This document shows positions 26,501-36,287 of a stretch of 60,407 bases of DNA, in pieces. Position 1 is the stretch's first letter. Each line of letters begins with the position of its first letter. The position numbers were made by a program, and so were the translations under genes. This stretch comes from Parcubacteria group bacterium ADurb.Bin115 (GTDB lineage: Bacteria; Patescibacteriota; Patescibacteriia; Patescibacteriales; UBA12465). The stretch is from positions 1 to 60,407 of the forward strand of contig MWDX01000003.1 of assembly GCA_002070735.1 (NCBI GenBank), written 5' to 3'. The notes beneath the pieces are model-generated. The model did no database searches. It saw only the letters and a list, made by a program, of their open reading frames with translations, and was not told the origin of the DNA.

Positions 26501-27274
26501 CTATTTCTTAGAAAGCAAATCTTTATACAACAAATAAGTGTAAGTAACAAATAAGGGACTAAGTAATGCCCAAAAAATATTAACCACGAAAGAGTAGGCC
26601 TGCTTGCCGATTTCCGATAAATAGTTCATAGGAATATTCATGATTAAAGCAACTATTGTTGCTAAAACTCCAATAATGAGAAAACGGCCAAAAACGGGCC
26701 ACCAATAACCTTTAATTAGTTCGCAGCTTCTCTTAGTCGCCGTTTTAAATGTGAGCTTATCTTCGAAAACAATCAATATTACAACCAAAGACCAGAATAC
26801 TGATAAAATTATTCCGGGAATGATAAAAAGCAAAAAAGCTAAAAAAATCAAAACTCCGGTCGCTAAACTGATAAAGAAATAGGGGAAAAATAAACTTTTA
26901 CTAGCCTGAAAGTTCTCTCTGACCTTAGCTTTCTCATTCTTCAATATTAACAATAAACCAATCTTTGCCCGAGTCCCGTAATATATTGCCCAAGCCAAAG
27001 CGGCTAGGCCTAAAACTCCAAACAAAAGATAAATAGTCCAAGAGTTTAGATGCATCCAAGCAAAAAATACTAAGGCTAAAATACCTAAAAGCAAAAGTGG
27101 CAACAAACCGAAAAGACCTAAAACATACATTTCGATAAAATCAACTAGCTTGTACGCATACAAATTCCAGGCATCTGTCAACAAGCGCGTCGCTGGCAAT
27201 AGGGGCGAATTTACTTTTGAGCTGATCTTGTTAGTCATAAAAATGAAGATAATGGCCAAAAATAATGGCATCAA
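26501..27274 (-). CDS. hypothetical polytopic membrane protein
   Basis: It has about 6 hydrophobic helices and no recognisable catalytic motif. Confidence 0.55.
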   Translation of the reverse strand: MMPLFLAIIFIFMTNKISSKVNSPLLPATRLLTDAWNLYAYKLVDFIEMYVLGLFGLLPLLLLGILALVFFAWMHLNSWTIYLLFGVLGLAALAWAIYYGTRAKIGLLLILKNEKAKVRENFQASKSLFFPYFFISLATGVLIFLAFLLFIIPGIILSVFWSLVVILIVFEDKLTFKTATKRSCELIKGYWWPVFGRFLIIGVLATIVALIMNIPMNYLSEIGKQAYSFVVNIFWALLSPLFVTYTYLLYKDLLSKK

Positions 27275-27282
27275 TCTATTAT

Positions 27283-28293
27283 TTATTTAACAAATTTTTT
27301 TAATTTTACCGCTAAGTCCACTAAACGATTAGCATAACCCCACTCATTATCATACCAAGCGACCACCTTTAGTAAATCACCAGCTATTACTTTAGTATTT
27401 TTCAAATCAATAATCGAGCTATGAGCGTTTCCCACAATATCAGTTGACACTATCTCCTCATTAGAAGCTTCTAAGATGCCTTTAAGTTTGCCTTTGGCAG
27501 CCGCTAAAAATGCTTTGTTGACAGTGGTAACGTCGGTCTTTTTCTTCAAAACGCAGACGATATCACAAAGAGAGCCGACCGGTGTGGGCACACGCACCGC
27601 CAAACCATCGAATTTATCTTTTAAAGAAGGCAAGGTTTCGGTGACAGCCACAGCAGCCCCGGTGGTGGTGGGTATAATATTAAGGGCGGCGGCACGAGCT
27701 CGGCGAGGATCTTTATGGGGCCCGTCAACCAAATTTTGATCAGCCGTATATGAGTGGACCGTGGTCATTAAAGCTTTTAAAACACCAAATTTCTCTTGAA
27801 GCACCGACATGGCTGGCGCCAAACAATTAGTAGTACAAGAGGCATTGGAAATAATGTGGTCACTAGCACGTAAATCTTTATCATTTACACCTAAAACGAT
27901 AGTTTTTACCCCACCCTTCTTGGCCGGGGCGGAAATAATAACTTTTTTAGCCCCTGCCTGTAAATGCATACCGGCTCCTTCCTTATCGCAAAAATGTCCG
28001 GTACATTCGAGCACGACATCAACTTGCATTTTTTTCCACGGAAGAGCGGCTGGATCTTTTTCGGCAAACACAGTATAGCGCTGGCCGTCAACCAGTAAAC
28101 CCTGATCATCACCGCTCACGCGATGACCATATAAACCATAGCAAGAATCATACCGCAGAAGACGAGCTAAAGTTTGATTATCGGTCAAATCATTAATGGC
28201 CACAACTTTAAGCTCTGGGTATTTATCGAGAATAATCTTAAAAGCGGCTCTGCCGATGCGGCCAAAACCATTAATAGCGAGATTTAAAGGCAT
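27283..28293 (-). CDS. gap: glyceraldehyde-3-phosphate dehydrogenase
   Basis: It carries INGFGRIGR, the active site SNASCTTNCLAP and WYDNEWGY. The start is set at MPLNLAINGFG; the longer ORF-track start adds a non-homologous extension. Confidence 0.95.
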   Translation of the reverse strand: MPLNLAINGFGRIGRAAFKIILDKYPELKVVAINDLTDNQTLARLLRYDSCYGLYGHRVSGDDQGLLVDGQRYTVFAEKDPAALPWKKMQVDVVLECTGHFCDKEGAGMHLQAGAKKVIISAPAKKGGVKTIVLGVNDKDLRASDHIISNASCTTNCLAPAMSVLQEKFGVLKALMTTVHSYTADQNLVDGPHKDPRRARAAALNIIPTTTGAAVAVTETLPSLKDKFDGLAVRVPTPVGSLCDIVCVLKKKTDVTTVNKAFLAAAKGKLKGILEASNEEIVSTDIVGNAHSSIIDLKNTKVIAGDLLKVVAWYDNEWGYANRLVDLAVKLKKFVK

Positions 28294-28389
28294 ATTTATG
28301 AAATTAAATAAATAAAAGCTAATCCCATTATACCACATTTCGGGCACAAAAAAAGCCCCCTGGACAAGAGCTTCTTCTTTAAAAAATGA

Positions 28390-29268
28390 TTAACGGCGGG
28401 GTCTCGGTCGAGTATTACCGTTGGCGCGAAATTTAGCGAAATGACCAATGCGAGGCTTTAATTCTTTTTCTTTGTTCTGATTTGGGTCAACCTGAATAAC
28501 AAAAGCTCTCTCCCCTTCATTTTCCGCTTCGAATTGGACATCAACGGTCTTTTTTAAAAGATGATGCCCAACAACTATACCCGTGCGCCCCTGCACCCTT
28601 ATCTTTGTTCCCAGTGGCGGCAATTCCTTTGCCAACTGCTTATAACCTTCATATTCGAAACTAAGGCAACACATCAAACGCCCACACATACCGGAAAGAC
28701 GATCACTACCGCGGTGGACTACCTGCTGAGCCTCCGCCATTTCTGAAGTAATCGAGGCAAAATTATGGACGAAAGTCCGGCAACATAAGCTTAATCCGCA
28801 AGGACCGCAATCACCACAGTAACGAGCCTCATCACGGGAGCCAATTTGCAATAAACGGACATTTGCATTAAAAGCTGCATTTAAATCTTTAACCAAATCA
28901 CGAAAATCTATCCTACCCTCGGCCACGAAAGCAAAAGTCATACGATTACCGGAAAAAGAAAAGCGAACATCGATTAATTTCATGTTCAGGCCATGCCTCT
29001 CAATAAAACCCTGACAAGTGACAAGTGCTTGGCGACGACGGTCTTCATCAAAAACTAAACGAGCGTCATCAACAGTCGCTAAACGTAAAACCAGCTTTAA
29101 ATCCTGCTCGGGAGAAGATTCCTTGCTTACAGAAATAATTTTGCCCAACTCACGCCCTAATTCCGTATCGACAATTACAAAATCACCGACAAGAACACCT
29201 AAACTAGAATCAACATAAAAACTGTAAGCCTTATCCCATGGAGAAAATTGTACTTGGGCAATCTGCAT
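28390..29268 (-). CDS. PSP1-domain protein (YaaT/RicT-like)
   Basis: It has Cys-rich PSP1 signatures (CGPCGLSLCCRTF, GMCGRLMCCLSFE). The ATG at 29268 is preferred over the TTG at 29277. Confidence 0.85.
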   Translation of the reverse strand: MQIAQVQFSPWDKAYSFYVDSSLGVLVGDFVIVDTELGRELGKIISVSKESSPEQDLKLVLRLATVDDARLVFDEDRRRQALVTCQGFIERHGLNMKLIDVRFSFSGNRMTFAFVAEGRIDFRDLVKDLNAAFNANVRLLQIGSRDEARYCGDCGPCGLSLCCRTFVHNFASITSEMAEAQQVVHRGSDRLSGMCGRLMCCLSFEYEGYKQLAKELPPLGTKIRVQGRTGIVVGHHLLKKTVDVQFEAENEGERAFVIQVDPNQNKEKELKPRIGHFAKFRANGNTRPRPRR

Positions 29269-29335
29269 AAAAAGCAAAGACTCGCCAATAGAATTAATAA
29301 TCGCGGGGCTTTAAAATACTAAATAAAAATATCAA

Positions 29336-30130
29336 TTACAGACTGAAACGGACAAAACCCAGAATCTTGGCACCGCCCAGGATATCTTTAACTTTCTTCT
29401 TGTCGTCCTTAATAAATTCCTGTTCAACCAAACAAACTTCACTATAATACTTAGTTACTTTTCCTTCTAATATTTTTTCAATCATGGCCTCCGGCTTACC
29501 TTCCTTAAGTAACTGTTCACGATAAATTTCTTTTTCTTTTTCTAATTCCCCAGCCTCCACTTCTGAGGGTTCTATATATTTAGGATTGGCGGCCGCCACC
29601 TGCATCGCCACCGTCATGGCCAATTCTTCCTTACCAGCTTGGTCAAGCGCCACTAAAACCCCCAGCTTACCCCCTAGGTGAGAATAAGCGGCTAAACTAG
29701 CGCCGTGAAGACGGGCAAAGCGTCTAATTTCCATCTTTTCGCCAATAGTACCGCTTAATACAGCCAAATTATCCTTAACATTACTTTCTGCCATGGGCAA
29801 GGACAAGAGCGCCTCTAAATTTTCCGGGCGCAAACTTAAAACTAAGTCCATGACCTCATCGGCAAATTTCTGGAATTTATCATTACGGGAAACAAAATCA
29901 GTTTCAGAAGTAAGTTCAAAGATATAAGCCTCGCCAGCAGCGGCCGCAACCGCTACCTTAACCACGCCTTCGTTAGTTTCGCGATCAATACGCTTAGCGG
30001 CTTTAGCAATTCCCTTCTTGCGCAAAATCTCCACCGCCACCCGTAAATCATTATTAGCCTCATCTAAGGCTTTTTTGCAATCAACTATGCCCGCGCCAGT
30101 CATCTCTCTTAATTGTTTAATAATTTCCAT
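29336..30130 (-). CDS. tsf: translation elongation factor Ts
   Basis: It has the UBA-like N-terminus LREMTGAGIVDCKKAL and lies downstream of rpsB. Confidence 0.94.
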   Translation of the reverse strand: MEIIKQLREMTGAGIVDCKKALDEANNDLRVAVEILRKKGIAKAAKRIDRETNEGVVKVAVAAAAGEAYIFELTSETDFVSRNDKFQKFADEVMDLVLSLRPENLEALLSLPMAESNVKDNLAVLSGTIGEKMEIRRFARLHGASLAAYSHLGGKLGVLVALDQAGKEELAMTVAMQVAAANPKYIEPSEVEAGELEKEKEIYREQLLKEGKPEAMIEKILEGKVTKYYSEVCLVEQEFIKDDKKKVKDILGGAKILGFVRFSL

Positions 30131-30140
30131 ATAATTATTT

Positions 30141-30175
30141 AAAACCGCAGGAAACAGATTCCTCCTGTCCGGCGG
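30141..30175 (-). terminator. weak hairpin or attenuator between rpsB and tsf
   Basis: On the minus strand, CCG(GA)CAGGA, loop, TCCTGCGG is followed by TTTTAAAT. The T-run is short, so this is more likely a partial terminator. Confidence 0.35.
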
Positions 30176-30181
30176 ATCAAT

Positions 30182-30877
30182 TTAATTTTTTAAATCCTTC
30201 TTCGCCTCAATAATGGCTGATTGAATCACTTCTAAAATCAACTTGACGGTTTTAGTGGCATCATCGTTGGCCGGAATCGGATAATTAACTAATTCTGGAT
30301 TAACGTTGGTATCACAGATAGCAATCACGGGGATACGACGTTTGCGGGCTTCCGCTACCGCCGTTTCTTCTTCTTTTATATCCCAGACAAAAATGGCATC
30401 AGGCATCTTGTTTAAAGAAGTTAAGCCGCCAACGCGCTCAGCCAAACGTTTAATTTCTCTATCAAAATTTAAACGCTCTTTTTTTGTATACTTCTCTAAT
30501 TTTCCAGCATCGCGCTTTTCAATTAAATCTTGGTATTTCTTAACTGATTTTTTTACGACAGCAAAATTAGTGAGATAGCCGCCAAGCCATTTGCCGACGA
30601 TATAAGGTTGACCAATCATTTCCGCCATTTTCTTCATCGGTGCTTTCACCTGGCTTTTGGTACCTACAAATAAAATAGACTTACCCTCCCTCACCAACTG
30701 CGACATAAAATTTAAAGCCTCTTCCAACATCTGCCGGCTTTTCTCTAAATCAATCACATAAATACCGTTCTTAGCTGTAAAAATATAAGGTTTCATCTTC
30801 GGGTGCCAACGATGAGTACGATGACCGAAATGCATACCCGCTTTTAGCATTTCTTCTAAACTTGGTAATTTTACCAT
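30182..30877 (-). CDS. rpsB: 30S ribosomal protein S2
   Basis: LLKAGMHFGHRTHRWHPKM is the canonical S2 sequence. Confidence 0.97.
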   Translation of the reverse strand: MVKLPSLEEMLKAGMHFGHRTHRWHPKMKPYIFTAKNGIYVIDLEKSRQMLEEALNFMSQLVREGKSILFVGTKSQVKAPMKKMAEMIGQPYIVGKWLGGYLTNFAVVKKSVKKYQDLIEKRDAGKLEKYTKKERLNFDREIKRLAERVGGLTSLNKMPDAIFVWDIKEEETAVAEARKRRIPVIAICDTNVNPELVNYPIPANDDATKTVKLILEVIQSAIIEAKKDLKN

Positions 30878-31040
30878 AGATTTTCTTTGTCCCTTGCTTT
30901 TAAAAAAACAAGGCTTCCGCCCGCTAATCTATATCTTTTGTTTGATATAAACCAAGAAAAATTATGCGAACGTGACGTTTAATTAATAATAATTTTAATA
31001 TAAAAAGAGGTATACCCAGAGGAAAACCTCAACTGTTCTA

Positions 31041-31069
31041 ATAATAGCCTAAAAAAATCAAGGTGTCAA
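31041..31069 (-). promoter_or_regulatory. sigma-70-type promoter for rpsB-tsf
   Basis: The minus strand reads TTGACA, a 17-nt spacer, then TATTAT. This predicts a ~155-nt leader. Confidence 0.45.
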
Positions 31070-31107
31070 GCCTCTTTTAAGAATAATATTTACTAATAAT
31101 CAACAAA

Positions 31108-32580
31108 TTACTGCTGATAAAATTGCCGATAGCGATCATTAAAAGCATTAACGGCTTGATTATAACTAACAACGCTTTGATTATAGGATTCGGTCTGGTC
31201 TCGATAAGCAGCCACGGCTTGATTATATATCGGAACCAATTGATTATAGGCGCTAATATTGCCAGCGGCTTGATAGGCTAACAACTGGCTTTCCTGCTGT
31301 TTTAAAGACTGATAAGCCGCGTCAAGGCTCAACTTATTAGCATTTAATAAATTTTGGGAAGCATCCAAATCTGTTTTGGCTTGCTCTATCGCCCTTGCTT
31401 CTCTCTTTACCGCCGCCACCCCTTGATAAATTTTACCTTGACTCTTTTGTTTGATTTCCAAATAACCGAGATGGTCAGAGTTAAATAAATCCTCAAAAGA
31501 AGAGGTATCATTCTGTGCCTGACCGCCCGTAATCAGGGGTGGGACTACGCCTATCGGAAAATAATTAGTAGTTTCCACATAACAATAACCGGAACCAGCC
31601 AAAGAATCAGCTACCGGACAAGCGATGCCAGCTGCCGAATGATTACTCTCAGGAAAATCCAAAATAGCGGCACCATAACCCAATGAACGCAACCAAAGCA
31701 CCGCTAAAAATGTCTTGTCAGCACACACTCCTTTATGTAAATACAAAGTCTCAAAAGGATAGTAGGGAGTATTGTCGCCAGACTCAAGTTTGGCGTGGTC
31801 ATAGGGGATATACTGAATAAAAGCTAAAATAAAAGCGGCGGTCTGATCACTATTTAAACCCAAGCTAGCGGCCTGTGCGCGCAAAGAATTCAAAAGGCCC
31901 AAAGTCTGATTATCGTTGCTTTTTACTTTTAAAAATAAAGCGTAAAAAGCCTCCTTGATATCAGCCGGTTCTTGCCCAACGTAATACGTATAGACCTTAG
32001 GGCTACTAGCGTAAGATTGGTATAAAGCTGAATCTAAATTAAAGCTTAACTGATATTTTGTGTTTTGGTACTGCCAAGAATATGTACCGGTATTAGCCTT
32101 GAGATCATTAACAGCTGAAGATAAATCAGCGACGACAATTTGATTTAAATTCTGATTGCTGATGCCTAGACCGAAACGGCGCATCAAATTGAAGGCGTCG
32201 GTCGGACGACCGAGATAATATAGACGACTGTCGTCGGGATTAACGTAATAAGCCTCTCCGGACGCTTGCGCGCGTAACAATATTCGACCCCGCAAATTAT
32301 GCGCTCCCGTCTCTTTAAATAATTGATAATTCTGCTCGGAGATGCCCAAACCTAAACGCTTCATTAAGACAAAAGCATCGGCTGGACGACCGAGATAATA
32401 ACGCCGGCCATCAAGCGGATTAACATACCAAGCCTCCCCAGCCGACTCTACTTGCAAAAGAATTTTACCAGACAAACGACTGGCCAAAGTCTCCGCTTTT
32501 ACAGGTAAGGCATTATAATAAAGAAAAAATGCCGAGAGCAAAGGAATGGTTATAAATTTTAATAACCGAAAAAAATACAT
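31108..32580 (-). CDS. secreted protein: two ~55-aa N-terminal repeats, transglutaminase-like cysteine-protease core, C-terminal coiled coil
   Basis: It has a signal or anchor helix and the repeat GxILLxxxxxGEAxYVNPxDxRxYYLGRPxDAFxLMxRxGLGIS twice. The core resembles GVCADKTFLAVLWLRSLGYGAA. The tail is rich in Q, A and Y. Confidence 0.7.
   Translation of the reverse strand: MYFFRLLKFITIPLLSAFFLYYNALPVKAETLASRLSGKILLQVESAGEAWYVNPLDGRRYYLGRPADAFVLMKRLGLGISEQNYQLFKETGAHNLRGRILLRAQASGEAYYVNPDDSRLYYLGRPTDAFNLMRRFGLGISNQNLNQIVVADLSSAVNDLKANTGTYSWQYQNTKYQLSFNLDSALYQSYASSPKVYTYYVGQEPADIKEAFYALFLKVKSNDNQTLGLLNSLRAQAASLGLNSDQTAAFILAFIQYIPYDHAKLESGDNTPYYPFETLYLHKGVCADKTFLAVLWLRSLGYGAAILDFPESNHSAAGIACPVADSLAGSGYCYVETTNYFPIGVVPPLITGGQAQNDTSSFEDLFNSDHLGYLEIKQKSQGKIYQGVAAVKREARAIEQAKTDLDASQNLLNANKLSLDAAYQSLKQQESQLLAYQAAGNISAYNQLVPIYNQAVAAYRDQTESYNQSVVSYNQAVNAFNDRYRQFYQQ
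32140..32478 (-). repeat. tandem in-frame duplication (2 x ~180 bp) encoding the repeat module
   Basis: Residues 35-87 and 95-147 align at a 60-residue offset. DNA identity is visibly high around GGACGACCGAGATAATA. Confidence 0.75.
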
Positions 32581-32584
32581 GCCT

Positions 32585-33262
32585 TTAAGAAACTAAAGTG
32601 ATAAAAATATCTTCAAGCGGAGGATTCGGTAAATGATTGATGTCATTAATATAAGCGATTTTTACATAACCGTCACCGTCGATGACTAACTTACTGATGG
32701 ACGCCTGATATATCTCCAAAGATAAAAAACCAAGAACATCAGCATTCATAATACCGGTTAAAAATGTCTTAATAATATTGCCATGACAAAATAAAGCCAC
32801 TCTCTGCCCACGATGTTCAGCCAAGACTTCAGCTAAAAAGCGCCTCGTCCGGGCTTGCATCTTATCAAGCTGTTTATCTAAGACGTGATAATTGGGCAAA
32901 TATTGCTTACGGCGCTCCTCTGAGGTGCGAAAATATTTGACACGATGCCAATTCTTCCAATCAATCTCATCCAAGCGCTCATCAATTATAATTGGCCGCT
33001 TCTTACGACGATTGGCAAAAATGGAAGCAGTTTCTTGTGCCCTAGCCAACGAACTCGCATAGACTGTATCTAAATCTAATTTCAGTAAACGCTTAGCCAA
33101 AAAAGAAGCTTGAAGTTTGCCCTCTTTTGATAAAGGCATTAGTCTGTCGCCCAATTTCTTTTCTAGACGATAATCAGGGTTAGCGTGGCGCACTAGATAA
33201 ATTACAGTATAGGGCTCTCGAGTCTTGGGCTGGAGACGGGCGTAAGGATTTTTCTTCATCAT
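32585..33262 (-). CDS. histidine phosphatase family protein (phosphoglycerate-mutase-like)
   Basis: It has an RHG-type motif (IYLVRHANPD) and a later CHGN motif. The start is set at MMKKNPY so that it does not overlap the sod stop. Confidence 0.8.
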   Translation of the reverse strand: MMKKNPYARLQPKTREPYTVIYLVRHANPDYRLEKKLGDRLMPLSKEGKLQASFLAKRLLKLDLDTVYASSLARAQETASIFANRRKKRPIIIDERLDEIDWKNWHRVKYFRTSEERRKQYLPNYHVLDKQLDKMQARTRRFLAEVLAEHRGQRVALFCHGNIIKTFLTGIMNADVLGFLSLEIYQASISKLVIDGDGYVKIAYINDINHLPNPPLEDIFITLVS

Positions 33263-33264
33263 AT

Positions 33265-33861
33265 TTATAAACCAGCCTGATTGGCAACAAAGTCCCAATT
33301 CACCAGATTATTTAAGACTGCATCAATAAAATCGCCACGACGATTTTGATAATCTAAATAATAAGAATGCTCCCAAACATCTAGAGTAAATAAAGGGTTA
33401 ACATCATGCAGAAAAGCGGTGTCAGCATTAGCTGTCTTAATAATTTGTAAAGATTCTCCAGCCAACACCAGCCAAGCCCAGCCACTACCGAATTGACTTA
33501 AGGCAATTGTCTTAAATTCAACCATCATTTGCTCCAAAGAACCAAAATCATGATTTATTTTTTCCAGCAAAGCGGCGGGAATAGCCATCACTTGATCAGC
33601 CGGACGTAAACAATCCCAAAAAAAATCATGATTATAGACCTGGCCGGCATTATTAAAAATACCGGCTTTATTCGCCTGACCAGCGCTGACTTTAATAACA
33701 TCAACTAAAGACATGGCCGCCAAAGAGGTGCCCTCTGTCAGCTTATTTAAATTATCAACATAAGTCTGATGATGCTTGTCATGATGCAAACGCATAGTCT
33801 GTTCAGAAATATGCGGCGCCAAAGCATTATAAGCATAAGGCAAAGATTTTAGAGTAAACAT
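33265..33861 (-). CDS. Fe/Mn superoxide dismutase
   Basis: It carries LPYAYNALAPHIS..MRLHHDKHH, and DVWEHSYYLDYQNRR gives the metal ligands. The start is set at MFTLKSLPY. Confidence 0.94.
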   Translation of the reverse strand: MFTLKSLPYAYNALAPHISEQTMRLHHDKHHQTYVDNLNKLTEGTSLAAMSLVDVIKVSAGQANKAGIFNNAGQVYNHDFFWDCLRPADQVMAIPAALLEKINHDFGSLEQMMVEFKTIALSQFGSGWAWLVLAGESLQIIKTANADTAFLHDVNPLFTLDVWEHSYYLDYQNRRGDFIDAVLNNLVNWDFVANQAGL

Positions 33862-34076
33862 ATGATTAAAAATTAATTTATTAGTGATTTTATTATAGCA
33901 AAAAAGCATAAAAGGGGCTAATTCATCGCATTAAATAATATAACAAAATAATAAAAATGGTTAATTACCATTAAAAACCTTAAAAATCCTCAAAAGATGC
34001 CGGGCTATTCAATATCGGTGTTAACATAGATAGTGATAAAAAACAACCGGACTTAATGACATTTTAAAGAGGAAAT

Positions 34077-34120
34077 TCAAAAAGCGCCTTTCTAACCGAA
34101 CAAGCAGGCGCTTATTTTTT
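34077..34120 (-). terminator. rho-independent terminator after rlmN
   Basis: The stem AAGCGCC/GGCGCTT is flanked by A and T runs, 9 nt beyond the rlmN stop. Confidence 0.65.
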
Positions 34121-34128
34121 AGTCAAAT

Positions 34129-35136
34129 CTATTTTTTCTTCCCGGCTAGCTGGCCGCAAGCGGCGCTAATTCCCCGCCCTTGGCTGTGACGCTCGGTAAC
34201 AGCCACGCCTAAAGATTCAAGCTTTTTCTTAAATTCTTTAATTCTGGCGGGAGACGAAGCCTGAAATTTACCGGTCGGATTGTAAGGAATAAGATTAACC
34301 AAATAAAGAGGCTTTTTCATTAATTGCGCCAGAGCCAGCGCATCGTCTTCGCCATCATTCACGTTCTTAATCATAATATACTCGAACATCACCCGCCGCC
34401 CAGTCTTACGGATATACTCGTCTACTGCCTTTAAAATACTAGTAATCGAATATTTTTTGGCAATAGGCATCAGCTGTTCACGCAAAGAATCAACGGCGGC
34501 GTGCAGAGAAATCGCCAAATTAACCTGTAATTTCTCCGTCGATAATTTTTTAATACCTTCAATGATGCCGACGGTAGAAACCGACATCCGGCGGGAACCA
34601 AGGTTAAATTTTTCTGGATCATTTAAAATTTTCACCGCTTTAATAAATTGCTCATAATTTAAAAAAGGTTCGCCCATACCCATGAACACCACATTATTTA
34701 TACTTTCGCCTTTATTTTCCTGTTTTAAAAAGCGCGCCCAAAAAATAAATTGCTGGACAATCTCATCGGCGCTTAAATTTCTAAAAAAACCTCCTTGGCC
34801 GGTAGCGCAAAAAGCACAACCCAGAGGACAGCCCGCCTGTGAAGATAGACAAATCGTGTGGCGACCGTCACGATGTCGCATTAAAACTGTTTCCACGGAA
34901 ACGCCGTCAGCCCAAGTCAATAAAGCTTTTAAACTAGACTTATCGCCGGGATCAACTGAAATTTCGGCCGTAATATCCAAGGGGCAATCTTGATTCAAAC
35001 GTTCTCTTAAATTTAAAGGCAGGACACTAGCTTGAGCCCAATCAGAAATCAACTCTCCATAAAGAGCTTGATAAACTTGTCGAAAACGAAATTTTGGTTC
35101 CGTCTGTAAAATTCCGGATAATTTAGATAAATCCAT
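34129..35136 (-). CDS. rlmN: 23S rRNA/tRNA adenine-C2 methyltransferase RlmN (radical SAM)
   Basis: It has the CxxxCxxC motif SSQAGCPLGCAFCATG and the C-terminal catalytic Cys region (ISAACGQL). Confidence 0.93.
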   Translation of the reverse strand: MDLSKLSGILQTEPKFRFRQVYQALYGELISDWAQASVLPLNLRERLNQDCPLDITAEISVDPGDKSSLKALLTWADGVSVETVLMRHRDGRHTICLSSQAGCPLGCAFCATGQGGFFRNLSADEIVQQFIFWARFLKQENKGESINNVVFMGMGEPFLNYEQFIKAVKILNDPEKFNLGSRRMSVSTVGIIEGIKKLSTEKLQVNLAISLHAAVDSLREQLMPIAKKYSITSILKAVDEYIRKTGRRVMFEYIMIKNVNDGEDDALALAQLMKKPLYLVNLIPYNPTGKFQASSPARIKEFKKKLESLGVAVTERHSQGRGISAACGQLAGKKK

Positions 35137-35157
35137 AATATAAATATCAAGGACTAG

Positions 35158-36258
35158 TTAAGCTTTCAATAATTTAATCAGGGTTATTTCCGAACGGCTA
35201 CCGAGGCGCAGCGGCGGTCCCCAAGTACCGACGCCAAAACTGACTGATAAAGAAAAATTTTTTAAGTGATAGAGGCCACCACTGAAACCGCGATATAAAA
35301 TTTTAGCCACGAGATTGAAAGGAAACATCTGGCCACCATGAGTATGGCCTGATAACTGTAAATCGATGCCAGCCTCCCGAGCGGCTTCCAAATCCTTGGG
35401 CTCATGATAAAGAAGAATGCTGGGCTTATCCGACTCATAACCTAATTGGGAAAGAATTTTACCTTTTACATCCAAACGGCCTTCATAATAGCAATTTAAG
35501 CCCACTATCTGCAAATTATCCACTGTCACGATTTCATTGCTTAAAATCTGGATATTTGAATTTGCCAATAAAGTTCGGAGTCTAGCTTCGCCTAGAATTA
35601 AATCGTGATTACCAAGAGCATAAAAAACTCCTTTTCGGGCGACAAATTGACGTTGATGAAACCAGGAAAAATCAGTATCCATCCCGTCAAATAAATCACC
35701 AGTTATAAAAACAGCTTCCGCCTCTAAAGAGTTGACTCGGTGCACTAATTTATCAAAAAATCTCTGCCGCCAAACCGGCCCGAGATGGACGTCGGTAATA
35801 TGCGCTATTTCCTTTCCCTGCCAAGAATCAGGCAGGTTAATAATATTTACCGATACTCGCCTTATTCTGGTAGCTTGCGCCAACCAGGCCTCCGGCGCCA
35901 ATAAAAGCAAAGGCAAGGCCCCCAGCCACCACCACCTCACCCCAGGAGACCAAGAGCTAATTTCATAAACCCCAAAGAAATCAAAGACAATAAAAATGAG
36001 CGCTAATAAAACCGAATTCAGCATTAATCCCTCCCACAAACCAACGACTAAATACAAAGAACGGCTCCAAATGTTATCACGCCAATAAACAAGCAAGGGG
36101 GCTAAAACAGTTAAAAAAATAGCGCCCAGCAAGATCACGCCAACCGTTACTTGTAAATATAATTCAGAAAAACCGAAAAAATGCCGCCAAATCAAAAACA
36201 TCAAGAAATGGCCGGCTAAATCAATAATGACATTCAGAGTGAAGAAAATGGATTTCAT
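35158..36258 (-). CDS. membrane-anchored calcineurin-like metallophosphoesterase
   Basis: Four N-terminal TM helices are followed by ITDVHLG, GDLFD, GNHD and GHTHGGQ. Confidence 0.88.
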   Translation of the reverse strand: MKSIFFTLNVIIDLAGHFLMFLIWRHFFGFSELYLQVTVGVILLGAIFLTVLAPLLVYWRDNIWSRSLYLVVGLWEGLMLNSVLLALIFIVFDFFGVYEISSWSPGVRWWWLGALPLLLLAPEAWLAQATRIRRVSVNIINLPDSWQGKEIAHITDVHLGPVWRQRFFDKLVHRVNSLEAEAVFITGDLFDGMDTDFSWFHQRQFVARKGVFYALGNHDLILGEARLRTLLANSNIQILSNEIVTVDNLQIVGLNCYYEGRLDVKGKILSQLGYESDKPSILLYHEPKDLEAAREAGIDLQLSGHTHGGQMFPFNLVAKILYRGFSGGLYHLKNFSLSVSFGVGTWGPPLRLGSRSEITLIKLLKA

Positions 36259-36287
36259 AAAAAAGGCCGCGCTTGCAATACAAGCAA

